DNA from: Antechinus flavipes
Lineage: Eukaryota
Assembly (NCBI RefSeq): GCF_016432865.1
Contig: NC_067401.1
Span: forward strand, 109,864,001 to 109,928,000
Length of the DNA: 64,000 nt
Direction: 5' to 3'
Below the pieces are notes generated by a model. The model made no database searches. It was not told the DNA's origin and saw nothing but the letters and a program-made list of their open reading frames with translations. The stretch's first letter is position 1; every line of letters begins with the position of its first letter. Both the position numbers and the translations under genes were made by a program. This document shows, one piece after another, positions 22,901 through 36,792 of the stretch.

Positions 22901-25900
22901 AACTGGACCTATTGTGATGACAATGAAAATTGGTAAGGAGGAAAGTATTACACATTCATTTGCTCTTTTTCCTGTCTCTGTTATGGAGAGGAAGAAAGAA
23001 GGTTTAAAAAAGAAGTGATATGTAATCTGAACATGGAGGAATAAAAAAGGATAAGCTCATTCAGAATTCCACATAATAGTAATTAGGTATTTTCTTTTGG
23101 ATGTAAGTTGAGAGCACATAGTATCTAAGTTACCCATAAGAAAGAACTTAATTGTCATTTCACATATGCAGGCTGTTTCAGCAATGGGTGTTTTTGTTTT
23201 CTTATTACATCCTCTGCTACCATTCTCTGCACTAGTCAGACTACATCTGGACTATCAGAATGGTGACAAATTTGGGGACTGTGTGAGATGAAAAATAGTT
23301 AAATGAGCTTAAGATATTAGAGAGAAAATGGGAGGAATCTAAGTAACTTTGGATATTTTAAGCAGGAAAGATTGGATTTATATTCTGTATCACTCTAATA
23401 CACAAAACTTGACTTGACTGATGAATATTACTTGGGGATAAATTTAAACTTGGAGAATAAAGAGTGATGCTTTTCTGTGGGACAATAAATCTCTGTAAAC
23501 ATTTAAGCAGAGCCTGGGTGAGCATGTGTCAGGGAAGGGAAGAGAATCTTTGTCTTAGGTAGGGAATTGGTCTAAAAAACTGTCCAAGGCCTCTTTTAAC
23601 TCCTTTAATTGAATAATTCTAAATGGCCTCTGCCCTCATTGAGTTTGCATTCTTGTGAAATAAACAAGACTAATAGAAGATCCGTGATCTCAATGTCTTT
23701 TAAACCAATTCTCATGTGGAAGTCATTGGTAACATATTTTAGTCTCCTTATACACAGATTGTATCATTTTTCCACATCCTTTAAGTCGTCTGCGATTTTA
23801 GTGGTCTTGAAATTACAAAGTTCCATGATTTGCAACCATATAGCATATTCATATCGAAAAGTTAGACTTTTGTGGCAAAGAACAATTTAATGTTATTGAA
23901 AGTACTCCTAATCAATTCTGGGTCTGGCATATCTGTTTAGTGCTTTTCTAAATGTATGTGCATATAACCTAATACAGGTTACCCATCCATCTATATTTTA
24001 TAATTTAGGGCTATGTGTTCATCATTTAGTTTTTTCTGTGTAACTAGGCCAATATCTTTTGAATGATGATGGTTCTTGTTAAAAAGGTCCTATAATGTTC
24101 CTGGGCTCAGTATAATCCACAAATGGAAGCATCTGTAGATTCTTCGGTCCTTAGGAAATTCCTTAATTTTTTTAACTTTCAAGAGGAACATTCTTCATGA
24201 TGATAATAAGCACCTTTGCTGATTATATGGTTCCCAGTGATTATAAATCTGTTCAACAAATAACCTGCCTTAGAAAAACTAATCAACTTAGATGCAAGCT
24301 AATATTTTTTCTGCCAGAACAACTTAGAAACACCATGCATATGCACAAGTACATATGTGTTAAGAATAAGCATGAGTATTTGAGCTCATAGAGTTGATCT
24401 ATAACAGTATGAGAAACATGTGGGCTAACAAAATTAGAGATGATTGAAGCATATGCTGACCTCTCCTGGAATTTCTTTTCTACAAAAGATAGTGGTGCAT
24501 GAACTGCAATAGTTTTTTGTGATTCCTTTAAGGTGACATCTATCTATGATGCCTCTTTTGTGGAATTTTGTATGATCTTAACATGCATCAGGGATATCAT
24601 GTTTGAGGAAAACCTTTAAGAAAAAGATGCTGTTTTGTAATCAGCAGATACTCTCTCAACAAGAGTAGCAGTTTTTTTTTTGTATTGAGGCTATAGGTTT
24701 AGAACTGTTAAAGGATCTTGGAGATCATTTAGACCAGCCCTCCCCAGTGTAAAGATGAATAAATTTCAGACTCCCAGAAATTACAGGGCTTAGAGCTTAC
24801 AGAAATATTATAGAGAATTTCTTCCAACCCTTTTATTTTTATAGATATAGATATAGATATAAAATAAGATCCAGGAAAAATTAAACAACTCCTAAGTTAA
24901 ATAAGACTAAAAACTAAAGCAGCCCTAACATTATGAGAGACAAGATTTAGGTGTCCACCAAAAAGCCCAGCTCTTTTCACACTATACCACAAGCATAGAT
25001 AATTGTGCTCATTATAATTAACCTTTAAAATTGTCTACTGTAGGTGGTCATCAAAAACTACTCTGGCTCCGTGTTACTTCTAGGGTCAAATAAACTCCTG
25101 GCATCTAATGAACTACATAATCTTTTTACATACACACACACCTAACTCTATATACATACATAATCTTATACATACATATATTTAAATATGTGTGCATATT
25201 TACACACACAAAGCTTTTCCAGCTTTCTATATTGGTAGGAGTTTTTGTTGTTGTCGTTTGTTTTGTTGCGGCAATTGCGGTTAAGTAACTTCCCAGGGTC
25301 ACACAGCTATGAAGTGTTGAGTGTCTGAATCCAAATTTGAACTCGGGTCCTCCTGACTTCAGGGCTGGTGCTCTGTCCACTGCACCACCTGGCTGCCCCT
25401 TTTTATATTGTTTTGCTTTTGCTGTCTCTTCAGTTTAGCCAAATTAGCCACCTTGCATTCCATCTCTCTCCATTCCCCATTTCTTATATATACTATTTCC
25501 CTTGACTTTGCCTGATGGAATCTCTAGTTTCCATCACAGATCAATTGAATAGCCTTCTGTGAGGCCTTTTCTGATCTTCCCACCACATCCTTGTCTTCAG
25601 CTGCTTGTACTTTGTTCCAAATACTACTTTGTCTTTACTTTGTATAGTCTTAATTAAGATATACATATTGCCCTCTCCTATAAAATGTGAGTTCCTTAAT
25701 AATTGGTTCTGTTTTATTGGTGTCTTTATATTTACAATACCTAGCACAATATCTGGCACACAGCATAAGTTCTTAATAAACTTTTGTTAATTGATTTTAA
25801 AAATTAGTTTTGAAAGTTGGCTAGAGAAACGTAAGGACGAGAGTATAGGGTTTGAACTTAGCCTTGAAGAATGAAAAACCATTTAGAGTGGGTAGGTGTT

Positions 25901-25907
25901 TATATGC

Positions 25908-25952
<45 letters not shown>

Positions 25953-28900
25953 TCCATCCTGCAGTTTCCTCCATATAGGAAAATTCTAGTTCAAATCCTA
26001 TGCAGGACAGAAATGGATCAGGTGCTAGATGGCATCAGAAAGACAAGTTCAAATCTTGTCTCACAACTTATGACTTTGGGTTAAGAACTTAGCCTCTTCA
26101 ATTTTTTCATCTGTAAAATAAGGCTAATAAGAATACCTACTCCCCAGCATTGTAAGACTTAAATGAAATTATTGGTTAAAAAAAATTTTTAACAGTGTCT
26201 GGACATAAAATACTAGGTACTTAATAAGTGTTTGTTTTTTTCCTACCTCCCAAAGATACTCTGAAGATATAATAAGATAATATGTAGAAACCAGAGTTTG
26301 GGGAATGAGCTATGAAAAGGGGCTTCATATTGAAGGTAGTGCTTGAGCTGGATTTTTTGATATGAAGATGAACAAGGAATACATTCCAGACATGGGGGAG
26401 GTGGGTTGCAAAGGAGTGTATAATTGGATTACAGAGCATGACGGGGCCAGGAGGAATGAATGATGATGAAATAGGTTAGGACCAGATTGTAAGTGGCTTT
26501 AAAAAACAGAAAAAATATTTTATCTTATAGGCACTAGGGGGAAATTGAGAATGAAATAGTTATTACATAAGGGGAAATCATTCTGGCAACTATGAGATAC
26601 ATTAGAGAGGAGCTTGAGGTATATTAGTTAGGAAACCTTTCCAGTAAGATGGCCAAGAGGTGAGGGGCTTGAGCTGAAGTTGTGTTTCTGTTTGAGTGGA
26701 GAGGAGAAGGGTGGGATGCAGAAGATAACCTGGTAATAGACATCAAAAAATTTGGTAACTGATTATAAATAGGTGAGGTAAGAGTGAAAATTGAAGATAA
26801 CACTTCCATTATGAACCTGGGAAACTTAGAAAGAAGGGTGATACTTTCATCAGAAATAGGGAGTTTGGAAGAAGGGAAGGTTTGATCTATTTGGTACATT
26901 TGATAGTGAATTTGAGAGGCCTAGAGGACATCTAGGTTTGAAATGGCCAAAAGGCAGTTGGTAGTTCAGAACTGAAAATCAGGAGAAATGGATTGGATAC
27001 ATATAATAAGATGTGTGTGTGTGTGTGTGTGTGTACATATATATATATATATTTTTTCATCTGCATAAAGATGATAATGAAGCTGGGGAAGCTGATGAGG
27101 GAGATGGAAGAGACATGGACAGGAGTATAGAACAATGAACAAGTTCACTTCTAAAACTTTTTTCAGTAATTTAGTTTTAAGGAAAAAAGATCCTTTTCGT
27201 ATCTAATATATTAAATCAGTTGGTACCTGAGCTGCAAACAAATAGCTTTGGCTTTAAATGTCCTCCAAACTAGCTCCTGAATACGTTTTTTTTCTTTCTC
27301 TTCCCCAGTATTCCTGTTGATATCAACAACCGTGATACAATGATGAATATCATTGACAGTGCCATTCGTACTAAGGTAATCAGCCGCTGGTCCTCCTTGG
27401 CTTGCACCATAGCCCTTGATGCGGTGAAGATGGTACAGTATGAGGAGAATGGCCGAAAAGAGATTGACATTAAGAAGTATGCTAAGGTGGAAAAGGTAAT
27501 GATCTCCAATGCACTTTAGCCTTCCTCTTTAGAAGTATAGATTCAGGTCATATAAACAATTTAGATTGTCCCTTTTGTGAATTATAGGCCTGACAAAGAG
27601 TATTTTCTACTCCTGCAATTATACTCAACATAAGTCTTGGCAGAAGATCATAGATTTGTTGGCAGATGAATTAGTAAAAGAAGGCAAAATTAAAACTTGG
27701 GACTTTGGGCATCCTTCTATGCATGTAACTCAACTACTACACATATCACCATAAGGCACTTAATTTCTATTGAGCTTTTAATTGAAAAAAGTCATAAAGA
27801 CGAACTCAAAATAAGGGGTAAAGTTTTTAGCTTTGCAGTGTTAACTGCAGATTAATAGTGTTTAACACTTTGTCCTTATAATTTAAGCTCAAAATTGGTT
27901 AGCCCACCCCAGAAACCTTAAACTTTTATTCTAGACACCAATCTCCTTCCTTAGTGGATCAGTCAATGTGGTGCCTTAGGGCCAGCAGGGGGAGCCCAGA
28001 ACCCTTGCACCTTTACCTACAAGGACCATAGACTTCCAGTGGGAAGGAGTTACCTATTCCAGCAGTTGACAAAACGGTTGGGTCTGTGACCCGAACCCCC
28101 TTTCTCCCGCCCAGACATTCTTTAAGACTTTTGAAGCTCTTCCCACTACCATCCCATTTTGTTTATATGGGTTACATTTATTGGTGTCTATTGTATTAGA
28201 AATGAAAATAGCATTACTCTGTAAATAGTTTTTACTTCCTGGATTCTCAAAAGTGTCTCAGAGATTACATGTTGAAAACTGCTGAGTCATTGAGACCACC
28301 CCTCATTTTACAGATGAGGAAGTAGAGACCAAGAAAGGGGAAGGTCTAAGATGATGTCCCTAATAATTGGCTAGACTGAATTGTATATGCATTCCCAAGC
28401 AGGCAATGTTCTTTGGTACCCTACATCATTTCCTTTTGATATGGCAGGTTTTGAAGTAGATAGAGATTTAAAGTAGCATCAGCTGAATTTATTGCCTAAA
28501 AACTATTGCTACCAGAGCTAGAGAGACTTCCAAGGTGGCATAGCTTAAGCCTTTTCATAAATGGGGAAACTGTGATGTAGAAAAGTGACTTGCCTCTTTT
28601 TTCTTAATTCCCAGATAATTGAGTTCCTATATTTTGTGGATCCCAGTTGCTCATCTTTAGACAAATGTAGTTTTAGGAAGGCTTAGAACTTTCTAAGTGA
28701 AATAAGACCAGATTTAACTACAATAGCAGAATGGAACTCTACCTACCTTATAGAAAAGGGGACTCAGGAGATAAATATTATATATCATTCTATAGCAAAT
28801 AACTGAAAATCTCTTGACACATGAGTCAGTGATACCTTGGCACCATACTTTGGTGAGACATGACCCACTATTTCCACATTACTCTTCTCCTTTCCTCCCC

Positions 28901-31900
28901 CAAAAGACAGTTTTGTGATTTTCCAAATAAAGACAGGATAGAAACCATGCATCTTATGGCAGTGGTATGATATTTTGGAAGAAAGAAAAGCAGTTTCCTT
29001 ACCTTGGTGATACAGATGAAAACTGTTTTTGTTCTGCACAGATTCCTGGGGGCATCATTGAGGACTCCTGTGTCTTACGTGGAGTCATGATCAACAAAGA
29101 TGTGACCCATCCACGAATGCGGCGCTACATTAAGAATCCAAGAATTATATTGCTGGATTCTTCCTTGGAATACAAGAAAGGAGAAAGCCAGGTGAGGGCC
29201 ATAGTTAAAAGTAATGGGAGAAGAGAAATATCTCAAGGGGGAGAAGATAAGGAAACTAAGGATCATCCTAGACTTTGGAGGGTTGTGTATATTCTACTCT
29301 TCATATCCCCCAGGGCCCAAAACTGAGATCTCTAAGAAAAGGTTTTCTATTTGTTTAATACATTGATGTCTAAGGAGATTTGTGGATGTAGATGTGTCAT
29401 TAAGCAGAGTGGGAAGGTGGATCTCCTGCCACCACCCTCTCAGAAGCCAGTTGTGAGGCTTACCTAAAGCATAACTAAACCTGTCCACCTAACTCAGCCT
29501 AGGACTTCCACATTCTTTATTCCTTTCTAAACCTATATTAGTTTTCAGCTTTCTGTTTTTATGAGTTTTTATCAGCCCCTCAGCTGGAGCAAGGCAATTC
29601 AGTAATGCTAAATATCAAAAAAATTTTCTGCTTCCAAAGAGGATTCAATCAGTAGAGTTTTTTGGAGAGGGGTGGAATGGCAGTGTTACATTGAGGTCAT
29701 TAGAATTAGGAAAGTGATAAATAAGGCTTCAGATTTTAAGGCCTAGGAGTCCATGCAGCTGCTTGATGTTACCTTGTGATGATCTGGAACAAAGCCCTGC
29801 AGAGTTACCTGGAGGATAAAAGTAGGAGAGAATATGGCAGAGAGTGCTGTACTCCTGGAAAGGTTGATTGCTTAAACCCATGTCTGTCTCCATTCTTATA
29901 GACAGATATTGAGATAACTCGAGAGGAAGACTTCACCCGGATCCTGCAGATGGAAGAAGAATTTATTCAGCAACTTTGTGACGATATTATTCACCTCAAA
30001 CCTGATGTGGTCATTACAGAAAAAGGCATCTCAGGTGAGCTGATTTCATTCATTTAAAGAGTATTGGAGATGGGGGGGGGGGGTGGACATCTCCTCTCAC
30101 TGAGAGAGAACATTAATTTTGTTAGAAGAGAAGCCAAGTTTTCAGCCCACAACCATAGTTCCACTTGATGTGTCCACAATTCTGCTTTATAGATTTAGCT
30201 CAGCACTACCTCATGAGGGCCAACATCACAGCTATCCGCAGAGTCCGAAAGACAGACAACAACCGAATCGCCAGGTGAGTGAGTGCCAGCAACCTCATCA
30301 TCCTCTGCCTTCTTCCTCTGACCTTGGTTTTGGTAAGGTCTCTGGTGTAGTAGCAAATACCAGTTACCTGAAGAGAAGTTAGTCAGTTAGCTACATGTAC
30401 GTGAGTACCCTCTATCTAGTACCTGTGCACTTCAAGACAATGCCTATCTTAATGCTAATTTAAGTAAAATACAATCAATCTGCCAAAATTATCAAGTCAC
30501 ACATCACAAAATTAAATTGAATTGTCCAGAGGTTTGGGTTTTCTAAATCACTGCTTTCTTCTGCTAATATGTCTGAAGAGTTTTGTATACATGTGCTTAA
30601 ATACATTTTTGACTCTTGGTTATCTTGTTTATGAGTAAGAGAAGATACCTGGACAAAACAAGACAGATGAGAATTGGTTTTAATTTGATTTTGTAAAGAA
30701 GTCAGACACATTGTCCCTTCCCCTTATGTGCACTGCACTTCCATTCTCTCCTCCAGTTCTAACCTGATCACAGGCTCCTTCCCTCACACAGCTCTGTTGC
30801 TGGTTCTGGAACCTGAATGGATGAATTAAAGAAAAAATAGACACTCTCACACACACACACATCAAATGCTTATTAAACCCAATTAGGATATAATGAGTAT
30901 AAACTCTGTGAAAAGTTGCAGTTCTTTCATTGCGTTTTTAGTCTCAACAAAAAATAAACTTTGAATTTATCATGTCTTACCATCTAGTTACAATAAAGAA
31001 TTAATACCGTTTTGCCTCACTTTCACGTTTTGAATATAGCTGTTTTTCTGAAATTTATCAGTTCAGACCCAAGTCTAGTTTGTTGACTTCTTTTGCAAAA
31101 ATATAAATGGGAATAAATTGCTCATTCTTGGGTGAATGGAAGTCTTCCAACGTGATCAGTATCACATTCTACCATATTTCCAGAGGGTGAGGGATGGGTA
31201 GAAGAAACCTTTCTAAAAACATTGGGTTCCCTATGCAGGGCCTGTGGGGCTCGGATTGCCAGCCGACCAGAAGAACTAAGAGAAGATGACATTGGAACTG
31301 GTGCTGGCTTATTTGAAATTAAGAAGATTGGCGATGAGTACTTCACATTCATCACAGAATGCAAAGATCCCAAGGCCTGCACCATTCTCCTTCGAGGGGC
31401 TAGCAAAGAGATTCTGTCGGTGAGCCGTCACTCTTTCCTTCTTATGTGTTATAAAACCAAGTATTCTATCTCAAAGGGCAACAGGGAAAAGTGGTAAATA
31501 CCTTCCTTCCTTTATAGTGGACTTCAGTTCTCTGCCCATGTCTCTTGTATTTTTTTCAGTTCAAGTGATGTGTCAATACTTAATATTTACATAGTGGTTT
31601 AAGGTTTACAAAGCATTTAAAAATATCTCTTTTGGTCCTCACAATACTCATATAGAAGAGGGAACCAAAATTTAAGGGAGGATGTGTGATTTTTAGTTAT
31701 ACAGCTGATAAGTTTCTGTGGCAGGATTTGAATTCGAGTCTACCTGACTACCAAATCTAGCATGACTATTTACCATGCTGCCTTAACTGCGTCCTGTAGA
31801 AACTTCCCATTTTTTTCTCCTAACTTCAGATATTGGTGAAGAAGAGTTAGTTTGCATGAGATAAAATGTAACGTCCCTCTTGTGAATTTTATGTTCAGTC

Positions 31901-33595
31901 TGGGTTGGGCTCTAATGGGAAATGTATTGATTTCAAAGAAAATAAAATAGATTTTAAAAAGGGAAAAAGTAGTCCTCAGAATAAAAACTTGAACTATGAA
32001 ATAAAGGAATTCAAATTACTTAACCTTGAGAGGGAAAAGTGATAAATTAGTTTCTATATGACTTTTCTTTAGTGGAGGATTTATTGGCCTTTGACAAAAT
32101 CTGCTTTGGGGGTTCTCCCTAAGTTGAGCATATATTAGCTTCCCCAAGGTTTAGGAAAAAATGTTGACTCTGAGTAATGCCTGGCAGATTTAGCTCTCAG
32201 GATATTTGGGAAGGGGGAACAACAAAATGGAGGCTGGGATAATCACATGGGCTATCAAGCAGACCTAGACTAGCTGCAATCCCAATTGGCCCCTTGCAGT
32301 CGGGTTTTTTGGTTCTTACTAAACTGACAGCAAAGTTTGTGTATTTGGCTTCAGGCCATCCTCTTAACTGTACTGGGCTTAAAGAAAAAAAGTTGTATAA
32401 TCCAAGGGGTCAGAGTTATATAGACATGTTCTGGGTCAGCAGGTATCTCACCCTATTTTTCATTTCTTCCCCCAGGAGGTGGAGCGAAACCTCCAGGACG
32501 CTATGCAGGTCTGCCGGAATGTTTTTCTAGAACCTCTGCTGGTACCAGGGGGTGGGGCCTCTGAAATGGCCCTAGCTCATGCCCTGACAGAAAAGTCCAA
32601 AGCCATGACTGGCATTGAGCAGTGGCCATACCGGGCTGTGGCCCAGGCCCTAGAGGTCATCCCTCGGACCCTCATCCAGAACTGTGGGGCCAGTACCATA
32701 CGTCTACTCACTTCTCTTCGGGTAAGTCCCTATTTCACCCAATGGAAGAGCTGCTTCAGCCTGTATTCCATCTCTCCTATGCCCTTGGGGCCCAGGTAGT
32801 ACTTGTTTCTGCCCTACACTCTACTCATAAATTGCTTCATCCTTCAGACCACTCATTTTGTCTAAATCTTTCTTTTTTCCAAATCCCTATTAATTTCTAA
32901 CCAAGTTCTTCTGCCCCGTTCTTCAAAGTCTTAAAAATACCTCTTTCCATTTCCCATTTTCCTGTCTTGAACAAGTTTCCCCCTGAGAGAGAATCTTTCC
33001 CTGACAACCATATAGGCCAAGCACACCCAGGAGAACTGTGAGACCTGGGGTGTGGACGGTGAGACAGGAGCGTTGGTGGACATGAAGGAGCTGGGCATCT
33101 GGGAACCACTTGCTGTGAAGCTGCAGATCTACAAGACTGCTGTGGAGGTAAGGGACCCCTAGAATCAGAATCAAAGCTGGCCTTCTGGACTAGGCAGGGC
33201 TTGCTCCAGTTCCTTCCTTTCCATTTCTTAGAGCAGGAAATAAAGAGTAGTCCAGATTTAGAGGATGGGAATCAAAGAAAAATGGGTGTCAGCTCACAAT
33301 TAAGTTTAAAAGAAAAATCCCAGAAAACCGGCACATAAGATATCTATATCTCCCATAGAGGTTCATTGGCTGTCATAGCAGCCAAGAAGAATTTTTCTAA
33401 TGGTGGGGGATGGGAAGAGATCCAGTGCCGTGTTCAGGGAAGCTCCTTCCCTGCCCCTCATCTCTCTTGGGTCTTGGCTCTCTTCTCCAGACGGCTGTTC
33501 TCCTACTTCGGATTGATGATATTGTCTCTGGCCACAAAAAGAAGGGCGATGATCAGAATCAGTCAGGGGGTAACCCTGATGGCGGGCAGGAGTGA
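19368..33595 (+). CDS. CCT3: T-complex protein 1 subunit gamma (TRiC/CCT chaperonin), 14 exons, 545 aa
   Basis: Exons 19368-19398, 20617-20678, 21268-21318, 21424-21486, 21682-21778, 22738-22855, 27309-27495, 29042-29191, 29902-30034, 30193-30274, 31239-31419, 32476-32721, 33016-33147, 33491-33595; 1638 nt, all GT-AG. Starts [12 protein letters not shown], contains the GDGTTSV ATP-binding motif, ends [21 protein letters not shown]. Confidence 0.99.
25235..25398 (-). mobile_element. tRNA-derived marsupial SINE (WSINE1-like)
   Basis: Minus strand GGGGCAGCCAGGTGGTGCAGTGG (A box) ... GAGTTCAAAT (B box), simple-repeat tail, near-perfect 12-bp TSD CTTT(C/T)TATATTG. Confidence 0.85.
25911..25950. 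repeat. (TG)20 microsatellite
   Basis: Perfect dinucleotide run in CCT3 intron 6. Confidence 0.97.
27012..27051. repeat. Compound (TG)n(TA)n microsatellite
   Basis: About 11 TG units followed by a TA run. Confidence 0.9.
27979..27997 (+). promoter_or_regulatory. CTCF-like motif in CCT3 intron 7
   Basis: GGGCCAGCAGGGGGAGCCC matches the CCASYAGRKGGCRS core with one mismatch. Confidence 0.55.
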
Positions 33596-33812
33596 GCTGA
33601 CAACACAAGCATCAGCTGAGATGACAGCCCACAGGACCAGCAGGTTTTCTCCATCCTTTCCCCGAGCCAGGCTGCCAGGGCAAACATGGATGTCTTTGGT
33701 GGAGATTAGGTTGAGAGACCTCTCTCAGCCTCTTTCTGCCCCAGCTCAGTTTGCAAAAGGCACTGACATGTAACTCTTATTGTAAGCTTTTCATTTGAGT
33801 TTGCTTCCAGTG

Positions 33813-33818
33813 ATTAAA
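33813..33818 (+). terminator. CCT3 polyadenylation signal (ATTAAA)
   Basis: ATTAAA ~220 nt after the stop, followed by GU/U-rich GTTGTTCTGTGTTCTTTTT. Confidence 0.65.
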
Positions 33819-34380
33819 ATCTCAGTCATTTGAGACTCCAGTTGTTCTGTGTTCTTTTTAGCCACTGTCTCTAGGGTAGGGGGGTATTGGGAAATACACA
33901 TTAAGAAGGGAATGGGTGTGCCACCGACTTGTTTTTTTCCAAAAAGACCATAATCTGGTATTGAGTTTTCCTACCAGGGTCATCTGGGAGGGATTAAATT
34001 ACTGGTGTCACAAATTAGGAACCACCACTTAGATTCAATACCTCAAGTCACAGCTAAAGGAGCTTGACCAAAATATGAGTGTTCCTTAACTGGGATTGAT
34101 TGTTGACAGTAGTATCTCACTTTTGTATGGCTAATGTTTGTAAGTGGTTGATAATACATTCTATCATTTAATACAACTTGGTGAGGTAGATGCTTCAGGT
34201 TTGGCAAAAGATACTTGTGTTAGATGTTTTTCTACCTTTAGGTGAAAGTTGAGTACTTAATAAGAATTTTGACTAATTGAACCCCACAATATTTCTTTTC
34301 CTACCATCTTTCTTTAGAAGCTAATACAGGAAATTTTCTGTGAAACCTTAACATGTTCATCATTAAACTTTTAATTTTTT

Positions 34381-34780
34381 TTAATTATAAGTTTTTGTTG
34401 ACAGAACATATGCCTGGGTAATTTTTTACAACATTATCCCTTACAACTCACTTCTTTTTTTCTTTTTTTTTTTTTAACTTTTTATTGACAGAACCCATGC
34501 CAGGGTAATTTTTTTACAGCATTATCCCTTGCACTCACTTCTGTTCCGAGTTTTCCCTTCCCTCCCTCCACCCCCTCCCCTAAATGGCAAGCAGTCTTAT
34601 ACCTGTTAAATATATTATAGTAACCGAACAGTTCTCTTGTTGCACAGGAAGAGTTGGATTCAGAAGGTAAAAATAACCTGGGAAGGAAAACAAAAATGCA
34701 AGCAGTTTACACTCATTTCCCAGTGTTCCTTCTCTGGGTGTAGCTGCTTCTGTCCATCATTGATCAATTGTAACTAAAAC
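34381..34780 (-). mobile_element. Two tandem L1 3' ends of a younger marsupial-type family
   Basis: A T-tract plus ~70-nt 3' terminus (34381-34455), followed by a second T-tract and a longer copy of the same terminus. Confidence 0.8.
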
Positions 34781-35199
34781 TCTCCATTTTTCAACCTGAT
34801 CTTTTAATTAGTTACAAATTGTTCTGTCTTGCTTTTAGTCCGTTTTATTCATTCCTATGGGATAGTGACCAGAAAGGGCAAAATTGTTTGGCCGTGGGAA
34901 AAAGACAATGGAGATAAGTTCATGGAAACTGATTTCCTGTAGCTAAAGAATTCTTATCTTGGGAACTTTAGAGGTTCCTTTAGTCTATGCATCCCAGATG
35001 AGGGAATTAAGATTTCAAGTGGCTTTTCCAAGATTACAAAGTTAGGAAGCCAGTGTTATAACCAAAGTTTCCTATTCCTATTTTAGAGCTTATATTTTCT
35101 AAGTCCTTGGGCTGCATAATTTTCCCTTCTGCATTTGTTACCTTTCCCCAAGTTGAAATCTTCATTTTGATCATTTACATTTTATAACTAATTTAAAAT

Positions 35200-35610
35200 C
35201 TGATCAAACTCTGATGGACGTGGTTCTCTTCAACAATGAGATAATTCAAACCAGTTCCAGCTGTTCAGTAATGAAGAGAATCACTTACACCCAGAGAGAG
35301 AAGTATGGGAAATGAATGTAAACCACAACATAGCATTTCACATTCTTTCTGTTGTTTGCTTGCCTTTTTGTTTTCCTTTCTAGATCCAATTTTGGTGCAG
35401 CAAGATAACTGCATAAATATGTATACATATAGGATTTAACATATACTTTTAACATATTTAACATGTATTGGACTACCTGCCATCTAGGGGAAGAAAAGGG
35501 GGTGCAGGGAAGGAGGGGAAAAGTTGGAACAGAAGTTTTTGCAAAGGTCAATGTTGGAAAATAGCCATGCATATATTTTGTAAATAAAAAACTATAATTA
35601 AAAAAAATCT
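35200..35610 (+). mobile_element. L1 3'UTR fragment ending in an A-rich tail
   Basis: Marsupial-type L1 3'UTR ending GTAAATAAAAAACTATAATTAAAAAAA. Confidence 0.75.
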
Positions 35611-36240
35611 CTAGTCAACTAGAATAGTAAGGGAAGCCAATTAAGTCATCAGCTTTGATTTTTTTTTTCCCCCCTGTTGCTTCCTTTTGGCTGCTGGGTC
35701 TTCTGAGTTTCCCTTTTGCCCCTATGATTCACAAATTGAGTCACTCTATAACTTCCCCTTTAGCTGGAAGATTTCTTTGTTCATGAAAAGTTAAGAGGTA
35801 ATAAGTGGAGGTTGGTGAGAGAGGGAGATTGAGACAAAACTTGGGGAAAGGTGAGATGTGTAAGTTCTGGAGTCCCTACCTCCTATCCCCCACCCATCCT
35901 CTTCTAACATTTCCCAACTCTTAACGACCTTTTCTCCCTTTCCTCTTCTAGGGGCTCTTAAATAAGACTGTTTATCTTGTTAAAACATTTATTTTCTTGG
36001 GTTGTTAAAAATTTGCCCAGAACTCAGGTTCTTACCAGAAAAGAAAGGGATCCAAATCTTAGGTTAAATTTCTCTTTCCACCCCTTCACTTAAACCTCAG
36101 CTTTGTGGCTACAAGTTAAGGCTACATGAAACCTTCAAGGAAACAGTGCTGGATAGGTTCCTTCATATCTCTAGTCTGCCTCTCTCCTTCCCCATTCTCA
36201 TTGTCTTTATTAATATACTCAAGGACTACTATAAAATCCT

Positions 36241-36792
36241 TTTTTTCCTAGTAAACTTATTTATTTTTAACATACATTGTTTTATCAATCATGTTGGAAG
36301 AGAAAAATTATGGGGGAGAGGAAAAAAAAAAAAGTGAACCTAGCATGTGTTGATTTACATTGTCTCCTTTTTCTGGATACAGATGGCATTTTCTGTCCAA
36401 ATTCTTAGGATTGCTTCAGATCACTGAACCACTAAGAAGAACCAAGTCTTTCATAGTTGATCATTGCACATTCTTGCTATTAATTTATATAATGTATTCC
36501 TAGTTCTGCCTGTTTTGGTCAGCATCAGTTCATTAAAATCTTTCCAGGCCTTTCTAAAATCAGCTTGTTCGTCAGTTTTATAGAACAATATTCCATTACC
36601 CTCATGTACCACAACATGTTCAGGGGTTCCCCAATTGATGGGCATCTACTCATTTTCCAATTCCTGCCACCACAAAAAATTGCTACAAACATTTTTGCAC
36701 ACATAGATCCTTTTCCCTCCTTTATGATTTCCTTGGGGTACAGACCCAGTAATGGCACTGCTGGATCAAAGGGAATGGACAGTTTTATAGCC
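36241..36792 (-). mobile_element. 5'-truncated L1 with 15-bp TSD
   Basis: Minus-strand translation includes [17 protein letters not shown]; TSD CTACTATA(A/T)AATCCT at 36226-36240 and 36793-36807. Confidence 0.85.

Noticed and set aside
22914-23030. C box GTGATGA and D box CTGA in CCT3 intron 6 (another C box at 24197)
   Set aside because: No terminal stem or recognisable rRNA/snRNA guide, and far from the branch point; an Rfam/snoscan run would settle it.
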